Virus record (IMG/VR): IMGVR_UViG_3300028840_008157 | DNA from: a virus | Lineage: Duplodnaviria; Heunggongvirae; Uroviricota; Caudoviricetes | Strand: one strand, 5' to 3' | Length of the DNA stretch: 64,000 nt | Position numbers and translations under genes: made by a program | Shown here: positions 1-8,821 of the stretch, piece after piece | Position numbering within the stretch: the stretch's first letter is position 1 | Layout: every line of letters begins with the position of its first letter | Notes under the pieces: generated by a model | Told to the model about the DNA's origin: nothing | What the model saw: only the letters and a program-made list of their open reading frames with translations | Databases searched by the model: none

Positions 1-91
1 TTTGCCCCGGCGTCCGCGCGCTGACTACGACGTATCCCTCCTTCTTTTTCCCGTTACGTTTCCCGTTGTCTACGACGTGCCTCTTGGACAA
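1..91 (-). CDS. partial hypothetical protein (N-terminus only; runs off the left edge)
   Basis: TTG start at 91 with AGGAGG (98-103) 6 nt upstream, just after the stop of 107..406. Frame is open to the window edge (MSKRHVVDNGKRNGKKKEGYVVVSARTPGQ). Confidence 0.55.
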   Translation of the reverse strand, partial: MSKRHVVDNGKRNGKKKEGYVVVSARTPGQ

Positions 92-106
92 GGGCTTCCT
101 CCTTTG

Positions 107-406
107 CTAGAAGACCTCCACGTATTTCCTGACCTCTTCCGGCAATCCGTAAAAGTCCGCCCTGGACAGGTTGATGATGGTTCCGCGCTTCAGTACCTCG
201 GCGAGCCACTCGGGGACCATCCTGGCCGCCACGATGATCTCGGCCATGTGGTCCTTCTTCTGGGGAGGGATGCGGATCGGTCCTTGCGGGGTATAGCAGA
301 TGAAATCAGTTTCGTCGTTGGGCTTCCCGGCCTCCTCGGGAGGCTGCGTCGCGAACCAATGAACTATGGCGGCCCTGGCAAGGTCGCCGTCAACCCTTAC
401 CATCAT
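107..406 (-). CDS. hypothetical protein, 99 aa
   Basis: ORF packed between neighbours in the minus-strand operon, with normal globular composition and no recognisable motif. Confidence 0.7.
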   Translation of the reverse strand: MMVRVDGDLARAAIVHWFATQPPEEAGKPNDETDFICYTPQGPIRIPPQKKDHMAEIIVAARMVPEWLAEVLKRGTIINLSRADFYGLPEEVRKYVEVF

Positions 407-1226
407 GCGTCGAATGATCCTTCAGCCATTCGAGAATCTTGCGACGTCCTTCCTCGTGCAACCCCCTTGCGACGAGCCATTTCTCCGTCAGGTTCGGGCT
501 TGCCCAAACCACGTCGAAGTTCATCTTCAGGAAGTCGTCGGCGACGATCGCGTCACGCCCCGCGTAGCTCGTACGGAAGAGCCTGAGCGCGCTGCGCTTG
601 TGGAACCACGAGAAACCGACGGTCTCTGTACATGAGAATGCGGGGTGGAACGCGCCGGCGGAGATGTTGCTGCGGTAACGTCCCAGGTCCCTGACCTCGA
701 TCATGTCGTTGGCCTCTTCGAGGTCGAACTTGAAGTTCGCGTCGTAATGGCAGCCGACGATGGCCTTGGACCTCTTGATGGCCATCTCTATGTCCTTCTC
801 GGAGACGTCCTTGGGGCGCAGGATGACGGCGTAGTCGGTCGCCAACGGGTACAACGCGTCCCTGAGGACTACGCCATCGGAGCACGCCTCGACGCATTTG
901 TTTCCGTCGACGACGATCCACGCGTGCTTGAACGCGCCGGGTATTCCCGCGTTACTCCATGCCCCCTTGATCCTGTGCAGTCCGACGTCGCCTGGCTTGG
1001 AGAGCAAGTCTCCCTCTCGAATATCCGAGAAATGAATTTTGAAATGCTCCTTGATCTCCGTACTGACGAACGGGAGGGAGCTGATCGTCCTGAAGTCGCC
1101 TATGAAGAAGAACAGTTTTGACTTCAGCTTGTACCAGAAGGAGTGATACTTGAGCTCGGGGGACAGCATTATCTTGGCGAAGAGGACCATGAAGACGACC
1201 AAGACGGAGATCAGGACGTAGACCAC
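390..1226 (-). CDS. membrane-anchored permuted papain-like NlpC/P60 enzyme (YiiX/YaeF-like), ~278 aa
   Basis: Only the C-terminal part of the listed 390..2114 ORF looks real. GTG start at 1226 has GGAGG 8 nt upstream. N-terminal TM helix (VYVLISVLVVFMVLFAKIML). His motif (KHAWIV...VEA...GV) precedes Cys motif (YD..F...FSCTE), the permuted order typical of YiiX/YaeF. Confidence 0.75.
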   Translation of the reverse strand: MVYVLISVLVVFMVLFAKIMLSPELKYHSFWYKLKSKLFFFIGDFRTISSLPFVSTEIKEHFKIHFSDIREGDLLSKPGDVGLHRIKGAWSNAGIPGAFKHAWIVVDGNKCVEACSDGVVLRDALYPLATDYAVILRPKDVSEKDIEMAIKRSKAIVGCHYDANFKFDLEEANDMIEVRDLGRYRSNISAGAFHPAFSCTETVGFSWFHKRSALRLFRTSYAGRDAIVADDFLKMNFDVVWASPNLTEKWLVARGLHEEGRRKILEWLKDHSTHDGKG

Positions 1227-1552
1227 GGAACCTTCCTCCACAACCTTTTCTTCTTCGCCCTGGGGCGTACTTTCCTTTCGGGAACCGGAAGTACCTTGTC
1301 GGACGAGGGTTCCGGGAGTACCTCCTCCTCGGCCACCGCGACGTCGTACTGCTTCATGGCCCGTTGCTTGAAGGACAAGGCGGTCTCCGGCGACTCGAAC
1401 GCGTAGGTCAGCGAGACGCGTTGGTCGTCGCCGGGATCGCCGTTGACCGACATGTCGACGATGGATCCGCCCTCCGCCTTGGCGGCGTCGGATATGCCCA
1501 TGAGGGCGACCGGGTCGTTCCGGTATAGTTCCACGTGTATCTGGAATTTCAT
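1211..1552 (-). CDS. hypothetical protein, 113 aa (small alpha/beta domain plus basic C-terminal tail)
   Basis: ORF tightly coupled to both neighbours; no family recognised. Confidence 0.65.
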   Translation of the reverse strand: MKFQIHVELYRNDPVALMGISDAAKAEGGSIVDMSVNGDPGDDQRVSLTYAFESPETALSFKQRAMKQYDVAVAEEEVLPEPSSDKVLPVPERKVRPRAKKKRLWRKVPWSTS

Positions 1553-1555
1553 TTT

Positions 1556-2554
1556 TTACACGCCGCTGGAGTACAGGTACCTGAACCACCGGCTTCGGCC
1601 GCCTGGCATCGTGTAGACGCTCCCCACGACGGCCCCGACCTTCGGGTAGAAAGCCTTCTTGATCTGCTTCTTGTCCCTCTCGAACTCCTTCTCGTTGTTC
1701 TCCTTGAGCCTCTCGAACCCGGAGATCGCGTCCTTGGCGTTCGGTCCGAATATCGTGCTGGGCTCCTGGAACTGGAGGCACATCAGCATGCGCTTCAGGG
1801 CGTTCTTGACGGCCCCCATCATGAGCGTCCCGATGTAGTAGTCGGGGACGTTGTCGAGCGTGTAGGTCGTCCCCGGCGCCTCGATGTTGATCTGGCTGAG
1901 CGCGTCGGTGAGGAACTGGAGCTCCTCGACGACGCTGAACATCCTGAAGTTGTAGGACGCCAGAATCTTGTCCGTCCTTGGGCGCGCGTTGGCGAACGTA
2001 AGCGTTCCCGTGTCGGCGTCGAGGACGAACGTCTGCGGGGCCGGGGGTACCGGGTTGGTGATGATCTCGTTGTTGACGAAGATGACGTGGTTCCCCAGGT
2101 TCCACCTGGGCCACGTGAACTGAAAAACCTTGTACTCGTCGTTGATTCTTCGCCCCAACTCGTTGTAGATCGGTATGTATTGGGCGCAGCGGATGTAGAC
2201 CTCGAGCGCGGCCACGAGCTCCATGGCCCTCGAAGAGATCGTCCCGCCCGGCGTCCCGGCGGCGTTGATGGTGACGTACTCCGTCGCGGCTGTCGGGACG
2301 CCGAGGACGGTCCCCGTGTACCTCGCCGTATACGTCCCTACGGGCAGGCTCGTCGGGATGAACCAGTCATAGAAATAGAACCCGGTCATGACGTGCGTCA
2401 TGACCGTCGCGGGAACGATGGTGGATCCCCCGTCGCCGAATATCTGGATTTGAGCGTCCGGAACGTCGACCGGCGACCCCGATGGCGAAGCCACGAACTG
2501 CGCCGTCAATGTCCCGGTCTGCCCTTGGTTGAAGACTAGACAATCACTGGCCAT
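1556..2554 (-). CDS. putative virion structural protein (Ig-like N-terminal domain; helical C-terminal region reminiscent of head-tail connector/neck proteins), 332 aa
   Basis: AGGAGG RBS upstream. Beta-rich N-terminus (TGFYFYDWFIP..LPVGTYTARYTG), a DADTGTLTF segment, and a helical C-terminus. The functional call is resemblance only. Confidence 0.45.
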   Translation of the reverse strand: MASDCLVFNQGQTGTLTAQFVASPSGSPVDVPDAQIQIFGDGGSTIVPATVMTHVMTGFYFYDWFIPTSLPVGTYTARYTGTVLGVPTAATEYVTINAAGTPGGTISSRAMELVAALEVYIRCAQYIPIYNELGRRINDEYKVFQFTWPRWNLGNHVIFVNNEIITNPVPPAPQTFVLDADTGTLTFANARPRTDKILASYNFRMFSVVEELQFLTDALSQINIEAPGTTYTLDNVPDYYIGTLMMGAVKNALKRMLMCLQFQEPSTIFGPNAKDAISGFERLKENNEKEFERDKKQIKKAFYPKVGAVVGSVYTMPGGRSRWFRYLYSSGV

Positions 2555-2575
2555 TCTTCATCCTCCTGCCCTCTT

Positions 2576-2601
2576 ATTCGCAGGGTCGACCGGCATTACC
2601 T
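2576..2601 (-). promoter_or_regulatory. candidate promoter AGGT-N18-GAAT upstream of 1556..2554
   Basis: Minus strand reads AAGGTAA tgccggtcgaccc TGCGAATAA. Motif ends 21 nt before the ATG and has the same spacing as four other copies. Confidence 0.6.
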
Positions 2602-2604
2602 TGG

Positions 2605-2630
2605 AGGTCCGCCTTCGGCAGCGAGCGAAC
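2605..2630 (+). promoter_or_regulatory. candidate promoter AGGT-N18-GAAC upstream of the plus-strand gene 2652..2909
   Basis: Plus strand reads GAGGTCC gccttcggcagcg AGCGAAC. Motif ends 21 nt before the GTG and lies back-to-back with the minus-strand copy. Confidence 0.5.
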
Positions 2631-2651
2631 AGAACCGTGGAGGGTAGAACA

Positions 2652-2909
2652 GTGGCGTATCTCCTCCTTGGTTTCTCGCTGGGGCTATTCGTCGGAATCG
2701 GGATAGCCTACCTGAACTGGCGCAAGTTGAACAAGAAGAGGCAGGCGTACAAGATAGCCGAGCGCGTCGCCACGGCCATGGAGCACAGGTCCAATTACTT
2801 CGAGAGGCTCTCCAAGGGGCTTCTAACGGACAACGTCAAGCTGCATCGGGAGAACGAGCGCCTTCGAACCGAGAAGCTCAAGGCGTGGGGGATACCGGAC
2901 CGGATGTGA
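2652..2909 (+). CDS. small membrane protein (N-terminal TM helix plus coiled coil), ~85 aa
   Basis: GTG at 2652 with GGAGGG upstream. TM helix YLLLGFSLGLFVGIGIAYLNW is followed by a basic stretch and a heptad-like helix. It fills the only gap between minus-strand genes. Confidence 0.7.
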   Translation: MAYLLLGFSLGLFVGIGIAYLNWRKLNKKRQAYKIAERVATAMEHRSNYFERLSKGLLTDNVKLHRENERLRTEKLKAWGIPDRM

Positions 2910-5900
2910 CCGCGTGCTTGGCCCGCAGCTTGGCCTGGCTCTCCTCGATCTCCTTGGACTTGATGTGTTGCGGTACGTGATTCATGTCGTGGCGAAGCTT
3001 GGTGATCCTCGTCTTGATGGTATACCCCTTTTTGAGGAGCCGCCTGCACCAATCGTCGTCCCCGCCGTAATTGAAGAACGTCACGTCGTCGAGCGCCCCT
3101 ACGGCGTCCCACGTTTCCCTGCGCGTCATGACGCACCAGAAGAACAGCATGGGCGTCCCCAGCGTCGGGCTCATGCCGCCGTCGGGGGCGTGCGGGCCGA
3201 CGAGTCCGAGTTTCGGGTCGTTCTCCAGCTCGTCCCTGTATACGCCCAACCAGTCGTTGCCGTCGGGCTCCCTGCCCTCGACCCAGGCGTCGTCGTTGAA
3301 GAGCAGGACGTGCTTCCCCCTGGCCATGGCGACGCCCATGTTGACGGCCTTCTGATACCCAAGGTTCGTCGAGTTGCGCGTGAACCTGACGGCTGGCCTC
3401 TTGATGGATTCCTTGTCGAGGTAGTCCCTCGTCCCGTCCGTCGACCCGTTGTCGACCACGATGATCTCGAAAGGCGTCGACGTATGCGAGAAGATGCTGT
3501 CAATGCATCGCCTCAACAACGGGAGCCTTCCGGCCGTCGGGATGATGACGGAGACGATGTCCTTGATGGCGCACTCCACCTTGGCTGATCTTGGCGGGTT
3601 CAAGTCCCCTTCCGGGAACTGATGGACGCATATCTTCGTCCACGTCGTTTTATCGACCTGATCCAGCGGTATCAAATCTAGTCCCGACAACGACTTGCAT
3701 GACATCCCGTCGAGCTTGGCGTCGTCCAGGACCATGACGTCGCAGTACTTGATCTTCGTGGCGTCGACGCCCATCGTCTTCCCGTCGTTCCTGGAGATCA
3801 GGCACTCGTTCCTTAGCTCCGGACCTATCAAGACGCGATCATCCTTCTGGTACGTCTTGAAAACCTCGAACACGTAATCATCCATCCATTCCACCAGCAA
3901 CCCGCGCGGGTTGCCCATGAAGCGATAGGTATCCCTGATCGTCATGACGTAGTCCTCGCACTTCGCCAGGGCGAGCGAGAGCGTCGTCATCTCCTGCTGG
4001 GAGCAGCACGTCATCCGTAGCTTCTCCCCCCGCAGCTTGGCCCGGCATACCGGGTTCGGCGTCGTCACGTATACCTCGTCGGCGAACTCGGACGTCTTGG
4101 TCACGGCCTCTTGCAGGACGTTGACGTCGGGGCCTCCATTTATGACCGCGATGAGCCTTTTCTGCTCCGGATTATTTTCCTGCTCGGCGCCTTTCGTCTC
4201 GGGAATTTTTTCCTTTGGGGCCCTCTTTGACGCGGCGGCGTCGCGCAGGGCGACTCGCTTCTTCCACTTGGCGATGCGACGCTCGTATATCTTGTGGTCC
4301 CCCCCGGCGAGCTCGGCCTTGTTGTTGCCTATGTCGTCGGATCGGATTCCGCCCGCCGGCGCTTGGAAATGGAACCCCAGCGCTTCTGGATGGATGTACT
4401 GCTTGTATCCCGCGATGTGGAACCGGTAGGAGAAATCGCTCTCCTCGCGATGCCCGATCTGGGAGAACAGCTTGCAGTAGCCGCCTATGGCCACGCCTAT
4501 CTCGACGCGGAACATGAACGAGCTGTAAAGGTGCTCGACGAGACGAGGCTTCGTCCCCTCGGGGTAGAAGCACACGTACGGCCACGGGACGTTGTGATCG
4601 ATCTTGCCGCCGTAGTTGATGTCCTTTTCCCATCCTGGCGGCGGCGTTTGCGCCTCGCGTGACCTCTTTGGATCGGGGTACGTTCCGCCGACGGCGGCGA
4701 TCTCGCATTTCTCGTCGTCGACGAACGTCTCGAAAAGCTTCTCGAGGTACGTCGGTTCCAGGTAGATGTCGTCGTCGATGCGGCAGAGGAGCTTGTACTT
4801 GCGGCCCGGGTTCTCGTAGGTCATGAACAGCGTCCGGTCATGGGCCATGTGCGGTCCCTGCCGGTGGGACCGGATCATCCTCCAGTCATGCCCCTCGTGC
4901 CTCGCCCGGGCCAACAGCGACATGACGAGGTGGTCGTGCAGGATGTTCTCGTCGGCGTCGTCGACCTCGATGATCATGTCCCAGTCCTTGTACGTCTGGT
5001 GGAGCAACGAGCATAGCAGGACGGACAAGTAAGGATGCCGATCCCGCGTCACGACGTCGATCATGACGCGGTCTCCCTTCTTGACGGGCTCCAGTCCGGG
5101 CCTGACGAAGGAGATCGGGTCGAACTCGTTTCGGGAAGCCTTTTTCCTCCGGTCGGCGTCCCACTCGAACAGGAGCGGCGCGAGCGCCTTGGCCGACTTA
5201 TCCCACGTGAAGTTGTCCCTTACGTGCTCGTGGGCTTTCTTCCCCTTGGCCAACGCCTCCTCGCGCTCTTTCAGGACGTGCCACATCAGGAATTTCAAAT
5301 GGCCGATATGACAGTTGGCCCAGACGCCATTGTCCCCTGGCGCTCCCTCGTACGCCTTCGTGAAGGTTGTGTTCGGGTATGGGCTCAGGGAGATCGGGTA
5401 CGAGTTCTCCTCGTCGAAATACTCGGCGGGCGAGCTCCAATTGGTGAAGATGACGGGACAGCCCGTCGCGGCCCCCTCCAGGATCGGATAACCTATGCCC
5501 TCCCCGTGGCTGGGGTGGACGACGGCGTCCGCGTTGGCGTAGAGCTCGTACATCTCCTCCTTGGGAAGGTCTCCTATCTTGGCCCTCTCGTCCTGTCCGG
5601 TGAAGATGGCCCGGATGTTGGCCCGCCGGTCGTATGGGGGACCATCCTCCCTGGGGGCCGACACCCAAGACAGGTCCCCGAAGTTATTGCTCTTCAGGAC
5701 GAGCTCGACCTGGGATGGCTTGATGGGATAACCCGGCCCCTCCGGGATGTGCTCGGCGTCCTTGGGGAACGCCTCGCAGAACGCCTGGACGAGCCTGTAC
5801 GTGTCCTTCCTGGGCTGGCAAACGCCGACGTTGAGGAAGGTGAACTTGTCCTTCGAGAAATCCTTGATCGGTCGCTTGGCCAACCTCATGTAGGTCGGGT

Positions 5901-8382
5901 CGACGCCCGGAGGTATGACGTGTATCGGGGGCTTGAAGCCCGAATCCTGCTGCACTCGCTTGCAGAAATCCGAGAACGTCAGGATGCGGTCCATGGAGTT
6001 GCAAGCCTGGAGGTAACTCTCCCTGACCTTCGTGGACTCGCATAGCGAGATGCCGACCTTGTAACCGGCCTCGACCCCCAGGAACGTCTCCATGAGCCAG
6101 CAAACGATATTGACGCTATCGTAGAGGTCGTCCCCTTCCTCCTTCGCCTTCTTGGTCTTCTCGTAGAGTTCCTTGATTAGGGGGTTCGTTATCTTCGCCC
6201 CGTTGGACCAGTCGTTGACGTACACGTCGAAACCCATCTCGTGCAACTTGGGGATGAGGCCTTCCGCCAGCTCGCTGAACCCGACTGCGGCCCCGATGTG
6301 GGTTTGCCAGACGACCTTGACCTTCTGGCGCGCCTCCTTGCCCCACTTTGACTTCAAGTACGCGATGTTGTCCTCGATGAGGCCTTGCATGCCGTTCGCC
6401 TTGAGGGCGGCCCTTTTGCGCCCCCAGTCGGCCCCCTCGGGATCGGCCTCGGCGCGATTCTCTAGGTCCGACATGAGCATCCCGGCGACCTTGCCCTTGG
6501 AGCCCCCCTCTATGGCGTGCTTGTTCGTCCCGCCGGACTTGTGCCAGAACGGGACGTCCTGCTCGACGATCTTGAACCCCTTTCCCTGGGCTCGCCAGCA
6601 GAGATCGAGGTCCTCGTAATAGGCCGGCCAGTACGCCTCGTCGAACCATTTCCCGTCGGACATCCTGACGGAGTCGAGAACGCGCCTCGTCAGGAGGACG
6701 CAACAGAAATAAGGGAACTTGGCGCCTTCAAGGATGTCGTCTCGCTCGTTGAGCTTCATGCCGACGATCCCGATCGCCCCATCGGCCTCGGCGCGCTCCA
6801 CGTACATCCGAACCCAGTCCTTCGTGAGGCCGTGCTTCGCGGGGTCGATGGCCTCACCGTCGGGGTTGACGAGGATGACGTCCTTCCCCTTGGCCATCGC
6901 GATGGCCCGGTTGTTGGCCCCCGCGAAGCCGAGATTCTGGTCTAGCAGCAACGGCTTGATCCGCTTGTTCCCGGACGCCGCCTTGGCGATCCATTCCCTC
7001 GTTTTCTCCCTCTCCGGGCTGCCGTTGTCGACGATGATCCATTCGTAAGGGTACGTGACGTACTTCTCCATCGTGGAGCGCAGGCTGTCGATCCCGTCGT
7101 CTCCGGTCAGTTGCTCGTCTCCCGTGACGTTGTAGAGTACCGTCACGATGCTGACGAGTTCTCGTCGTTCCTTGACCTCCCTAATGACCTCGTCCCACTG
7201 GTCGTAGACGACCTTGGGCGAGTATCGGGACTCGGCCAACGCCTCCCCCTTCGCCCCCACCTCCGCCAGCATCTTGCCCCCCGACTTGAAATCCTGGTAG
7301 GCATCCTCCAGCTTGGCGGCGACGTCGTCCGTGTCGACTATGTTGTGGAAGACGGACATCTTGTCGTACCAGGCGCGTTCCTTGACCTTGCAAAACATGG
7401 CCCCCTCGCCGAGTACCTCGGGGAGGACTGGAACGTCAGGGGCGATCACCGGTATCCCGTGCGATATGGCCTCGACCGGGGCCAACCCGAACCCTTCCCC
7501 GGAGGTGGTCGTGAGGAAGACGTCCGCCGGCCAATAGAAGGACTGCGCCATTGACGTCGGGTTGAAGAAGAAGTCGTCGAAGACGACCTTCCCGCCGAGA
7601 CCGAGGTCGTTGACGAGGACCTCCAGGTCGACTCCCTCTTTCTTGCCCTCATCCCACATCGTGCAATCGCGCGGGTTGCACTTGGCCAGCATGACGACGT
7701 CGTCCTTGTCCTTGGCGAATTTGGCAAACGCCTCGAGCGTCAGCTTCCAATGCTTCCTGGGCTGGTGCCTGTCGACGCGCGTGACGACGAACATATGAGA
7801 TGCGTCGGCCTTCCTGCCGATCTTGTCAAGCCTCGGCTGAACGTGGTTCCGCTTGGCTTCTTCCTTAGAGCACGTCCTTCTTTGCGCGATGTCGACGGCG
7901 TGGTATATGACGCCGACGTCCTTCCCCGGGAGTTCCGGGGAATTGATGTTCATCGCGTGCTGGGTGACGAACCGTGTCGAGGCGCATTTGGAGAACAATT
8001 CGATGCCGAGCTTGTCGGGGCCGTCCCCCTCGAACGGGAGCCAGAAGACGGCCTTTTCCTGGATCTCCTGCGGCATGTCTCGGAGATAGGAGTAGCGATA
8101 ACTGTCGTTGTGGAACAGGAGGACGTCCGGGGAGACCTCGCTGTAGACGCGCTTGAGGCATTCGAGGTCTCCGTAGATGGCGTTCTTGTCCCTCTCGAGG
8201 GCGTAATTTGGGACGATCTTCAGGTCGTACCAGTCCTGGATGGTCTCCGGCATCCAGCCGCCGTTGAAGGCCATCGCATAGATCTCGTGTCCCCTGGCGA
8301 TGAGTTCCCTGGCGGTGAGCCGACAGGTATAGGCGTAGCCCGTTTGGATGGACGGGTTATCCATGAAGATCAGGATTCGCAT
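2878..8382 (-). CDS. multi-domain glycosyltransferase polyprotein, 1834 aa (GT4-GT2-GT4-GT2-degenerate GT2-like-GT2)
   Basis: GT4 motifs RHQPRKH / TTSGEGFGLAPVEAISHGIPV and VCQPRKD / HPSHGEGIGYPILEGAATGCPV. GT2 motifs SIVTVLYN..IIVDNGS..ILVNPD, IDVVTRDR..IIEVDD..CRIDDD, and VSVIIPT..IIVVDNGSTDGT..LLFNDD. Confidence 0.92.
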   Translation of the reverse strand: MRILIFMDNPSIQTGYAYTCRLTARELIARGHEIYAMAFNGGWMPETIQDWYDLKIVPNYALERDKNAIYGDLECLKRVYSEVSPDVLLFHNDSYRYSYLRDMPQEIQEKAVFWLPFEGDGPDKLGIELFSKCASTRFVTQHAMNINSPELPGKDVGVIYHAVDIAQRRTCSKEEAKRNHVQPRLDKIGRKADASHMFVVTRVDRHQPRKHWKLTLEAFAKFAKDKDDVVMLAKCNPRDCTMWDEGKKEGVDLEVLVNDLGLGGKVVFDDFFFNPTSMAQSFYWPADVFLTTTSGEGFGLAPVEAISHGIPVIAPDVPVLPEVLGEGAMFCKVKERAWYDKMSVFHNIVDTDDVAAKLEDAYQDFKSGGKMLAEVGAKGEALAESRYSPKVVYDQWDEVIREVKERRELVSIVTVLYNVTGDEQLTGDDGIDSLRSTMEKYVTYPYEWIIVDNGSPEREKTREWIAKAASGNKRIKPLLLDQNLGFAGANNRAIAMAKGKDVILVNPDGEAIDPAKHGLTKDWVRMYVERAEADGAIGIVGMKLNERDDILEGAKFPYFCCVLLTRRVLDSVRMSDGKWFDEAYWPAYYEDLDLCWRAQGKGFKIVEQDVPFWHKSGGTNKHAIEGGSKGKVAGMLMSDLENRAEADPEGADWGRKRAALKANGMQGLIEDNIAYLKSKWGKEARQKVKVVWQTHIGAAVGFSELAEGLIPKLHEMGFDVYVNDWSNGAKITNPLIKELYEKTKKAKEEGDDLYDSVNIVCWLMETFLGVEAGYKVGISLCESTKVRESYLQACNSMDRILTFSDFCKRVQQDSGFKPPIHVIPPGVDPTYMRLAKRPIKDFSKDKFTFLNVGVCQPRKDTYRLVQAFCEAFPKDAEHIPEGPGYPIKPSQVELVLKSNNFGDLSWVSAPREDGPPYDRRANIRAIFTGQDERAKIGDLPKEEMYELYANADAVVHPSHGEGIGYPILEGAATGCPVIFTNWSSPAEYFDEENSYPISLSPYPNTTFTKAYEGAPGDNGVWANCHIGHLKFLMWHVLKEREEALAKGKKAHEHVRDNFTWDKSAKALAPLLFEWDADRRKKASRNEFDPISFVRPGLEPVKKGDRVMIDVVTRDRHPYLSVLLCSLLHQTYKDWDMIIEVDDADENILHDHLVMSLLARARHEGHDWRMIRSHRQGPHMAHDRTLFMTYENPGRKYKLLCRIDDDIYLEPTYLEKLFETFVDDEKCEIAAVGGTYPDPKRSREAQTPPPGWEKDINYGGKIDHNVPWPYVCFYPEGTKPRLVEHLYSSFMFRVEIGVAIGGYCKLFSQIGHREESDFSYRFHIAGYKQYIHPEALGFHFQAPAGGIRSDDIGNNKAELAGGDHKIYERRIAKWKKRVALRDAAASKRAPKEKIPETKGAEQENNPEQKRLIAVINGGPDVNVLQEAVTKTSEFADEVYVTTPNPVCRAKLRGEKLRMTCCSQQEMTTLSLALAKCEDYVMTIRDTYRFMGNPRGLLVEWMDDYVFEVFKTYQKDDRVLIGPELRNECLISRNDGKTMGVDATKIKYCDVMVLDDAKLDGMSCKSLSGLDLIPLDQVDKTTWTKICVHQFPEGDLNPPRSAKVECAIKDIVSVIIPTAGRLPLLRRCIDSIFSHTSTPFEIIVVDNGSTDGTRDYLDKESIKRPAVRFTRNSTNLGYQKAVNMGVAMARGKHVLLFNDDAWVEGREPDGNDWLGVYRDELENDPKLGLVGPHAPDGGMSPTLGTPMLFFWCVMTRRETWDAVGALDDVTFFNYGGDDDWCRRLLKKGYTIKTRITKLRHDMNHVPQHIKSKEIEESQAKLRAKHAVTSGPVSPTP

Positions 8383-8428
8383 CGGATGCCCTCATTTCAG
8401 TATTCAATCGCGTACGTCTACGACTTGA

Positions 8429-8818
8429 TCATACGGGAGGTTGCTCGTCGCCCATGGACTGGGCCTTCATTTCCGACATGTAGTCGTGGAACTCCTCGGT
8501 GTTGCAATGCCCCGAGCCGTTGCACTTGGGGCATGGCTTGTAGCCCTGGCGGATGGTCGTCCCGCACGAGCACTTCTCCAGCATCCCCCGACGCTCGAGC
8601 AGGTCGAAGACGTCGCTCATGCCGTTGTAGAATTGGTCCATCACGACCTTCTTGTAATACTTGTAGACGTCGGAGTTCCGGTCACCGATCCTCATCTCGC
8701 CGAGGGTCAATATCTCCTTCATCGATGCCATGAACCGGAGGTAGATCAGCTTCGCCAATTGGGCGTCGTCCGGTATCGGCTTGACCGGTTTCGGGGGCCT
8801 GCTGGGACTCGGCGACAT
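8429..8818 (-). CDS. hypothetical protein with C-terminal Cys-rich (probable zinc-binding) motif, 129 aa
   Basis: CSCGTTIRQGYKPCPKCNGSGHC motif; coupled to neighbours. Confidence 0.7.
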   Translation of the reverse strand: MSPSPSRPPKPVKPIPDDAQLAKLIYLRFMASMKEILTLGEMRIGDRNSDVYKYYKKVVMDQFYNGMSDVFDLLERRGMLEKCSCGTTIRQGYKPCPKCNGSGHCNTEEFHDYMSEMKAQSMGDEQPPV

Positions 8819-8821
8819 TGC

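Noticed and set aside
1227-2114. Listed 574-aa N-terminal extension of 390..2114 (likewise the extensions to 13372, 30007, 34741 and the 2529 start)
   Set aside because: These extensions overlap better-supported genes in other frames; downstream starts with an RBS or ATGA coupling were chosen instead.
2609-2625. Possible hairpin or terminator (gccttcggc)
   Set aside because: Only a 3-bp stem with no U-tract. I found no convincing rho-independent terminator in any intergenic gap.
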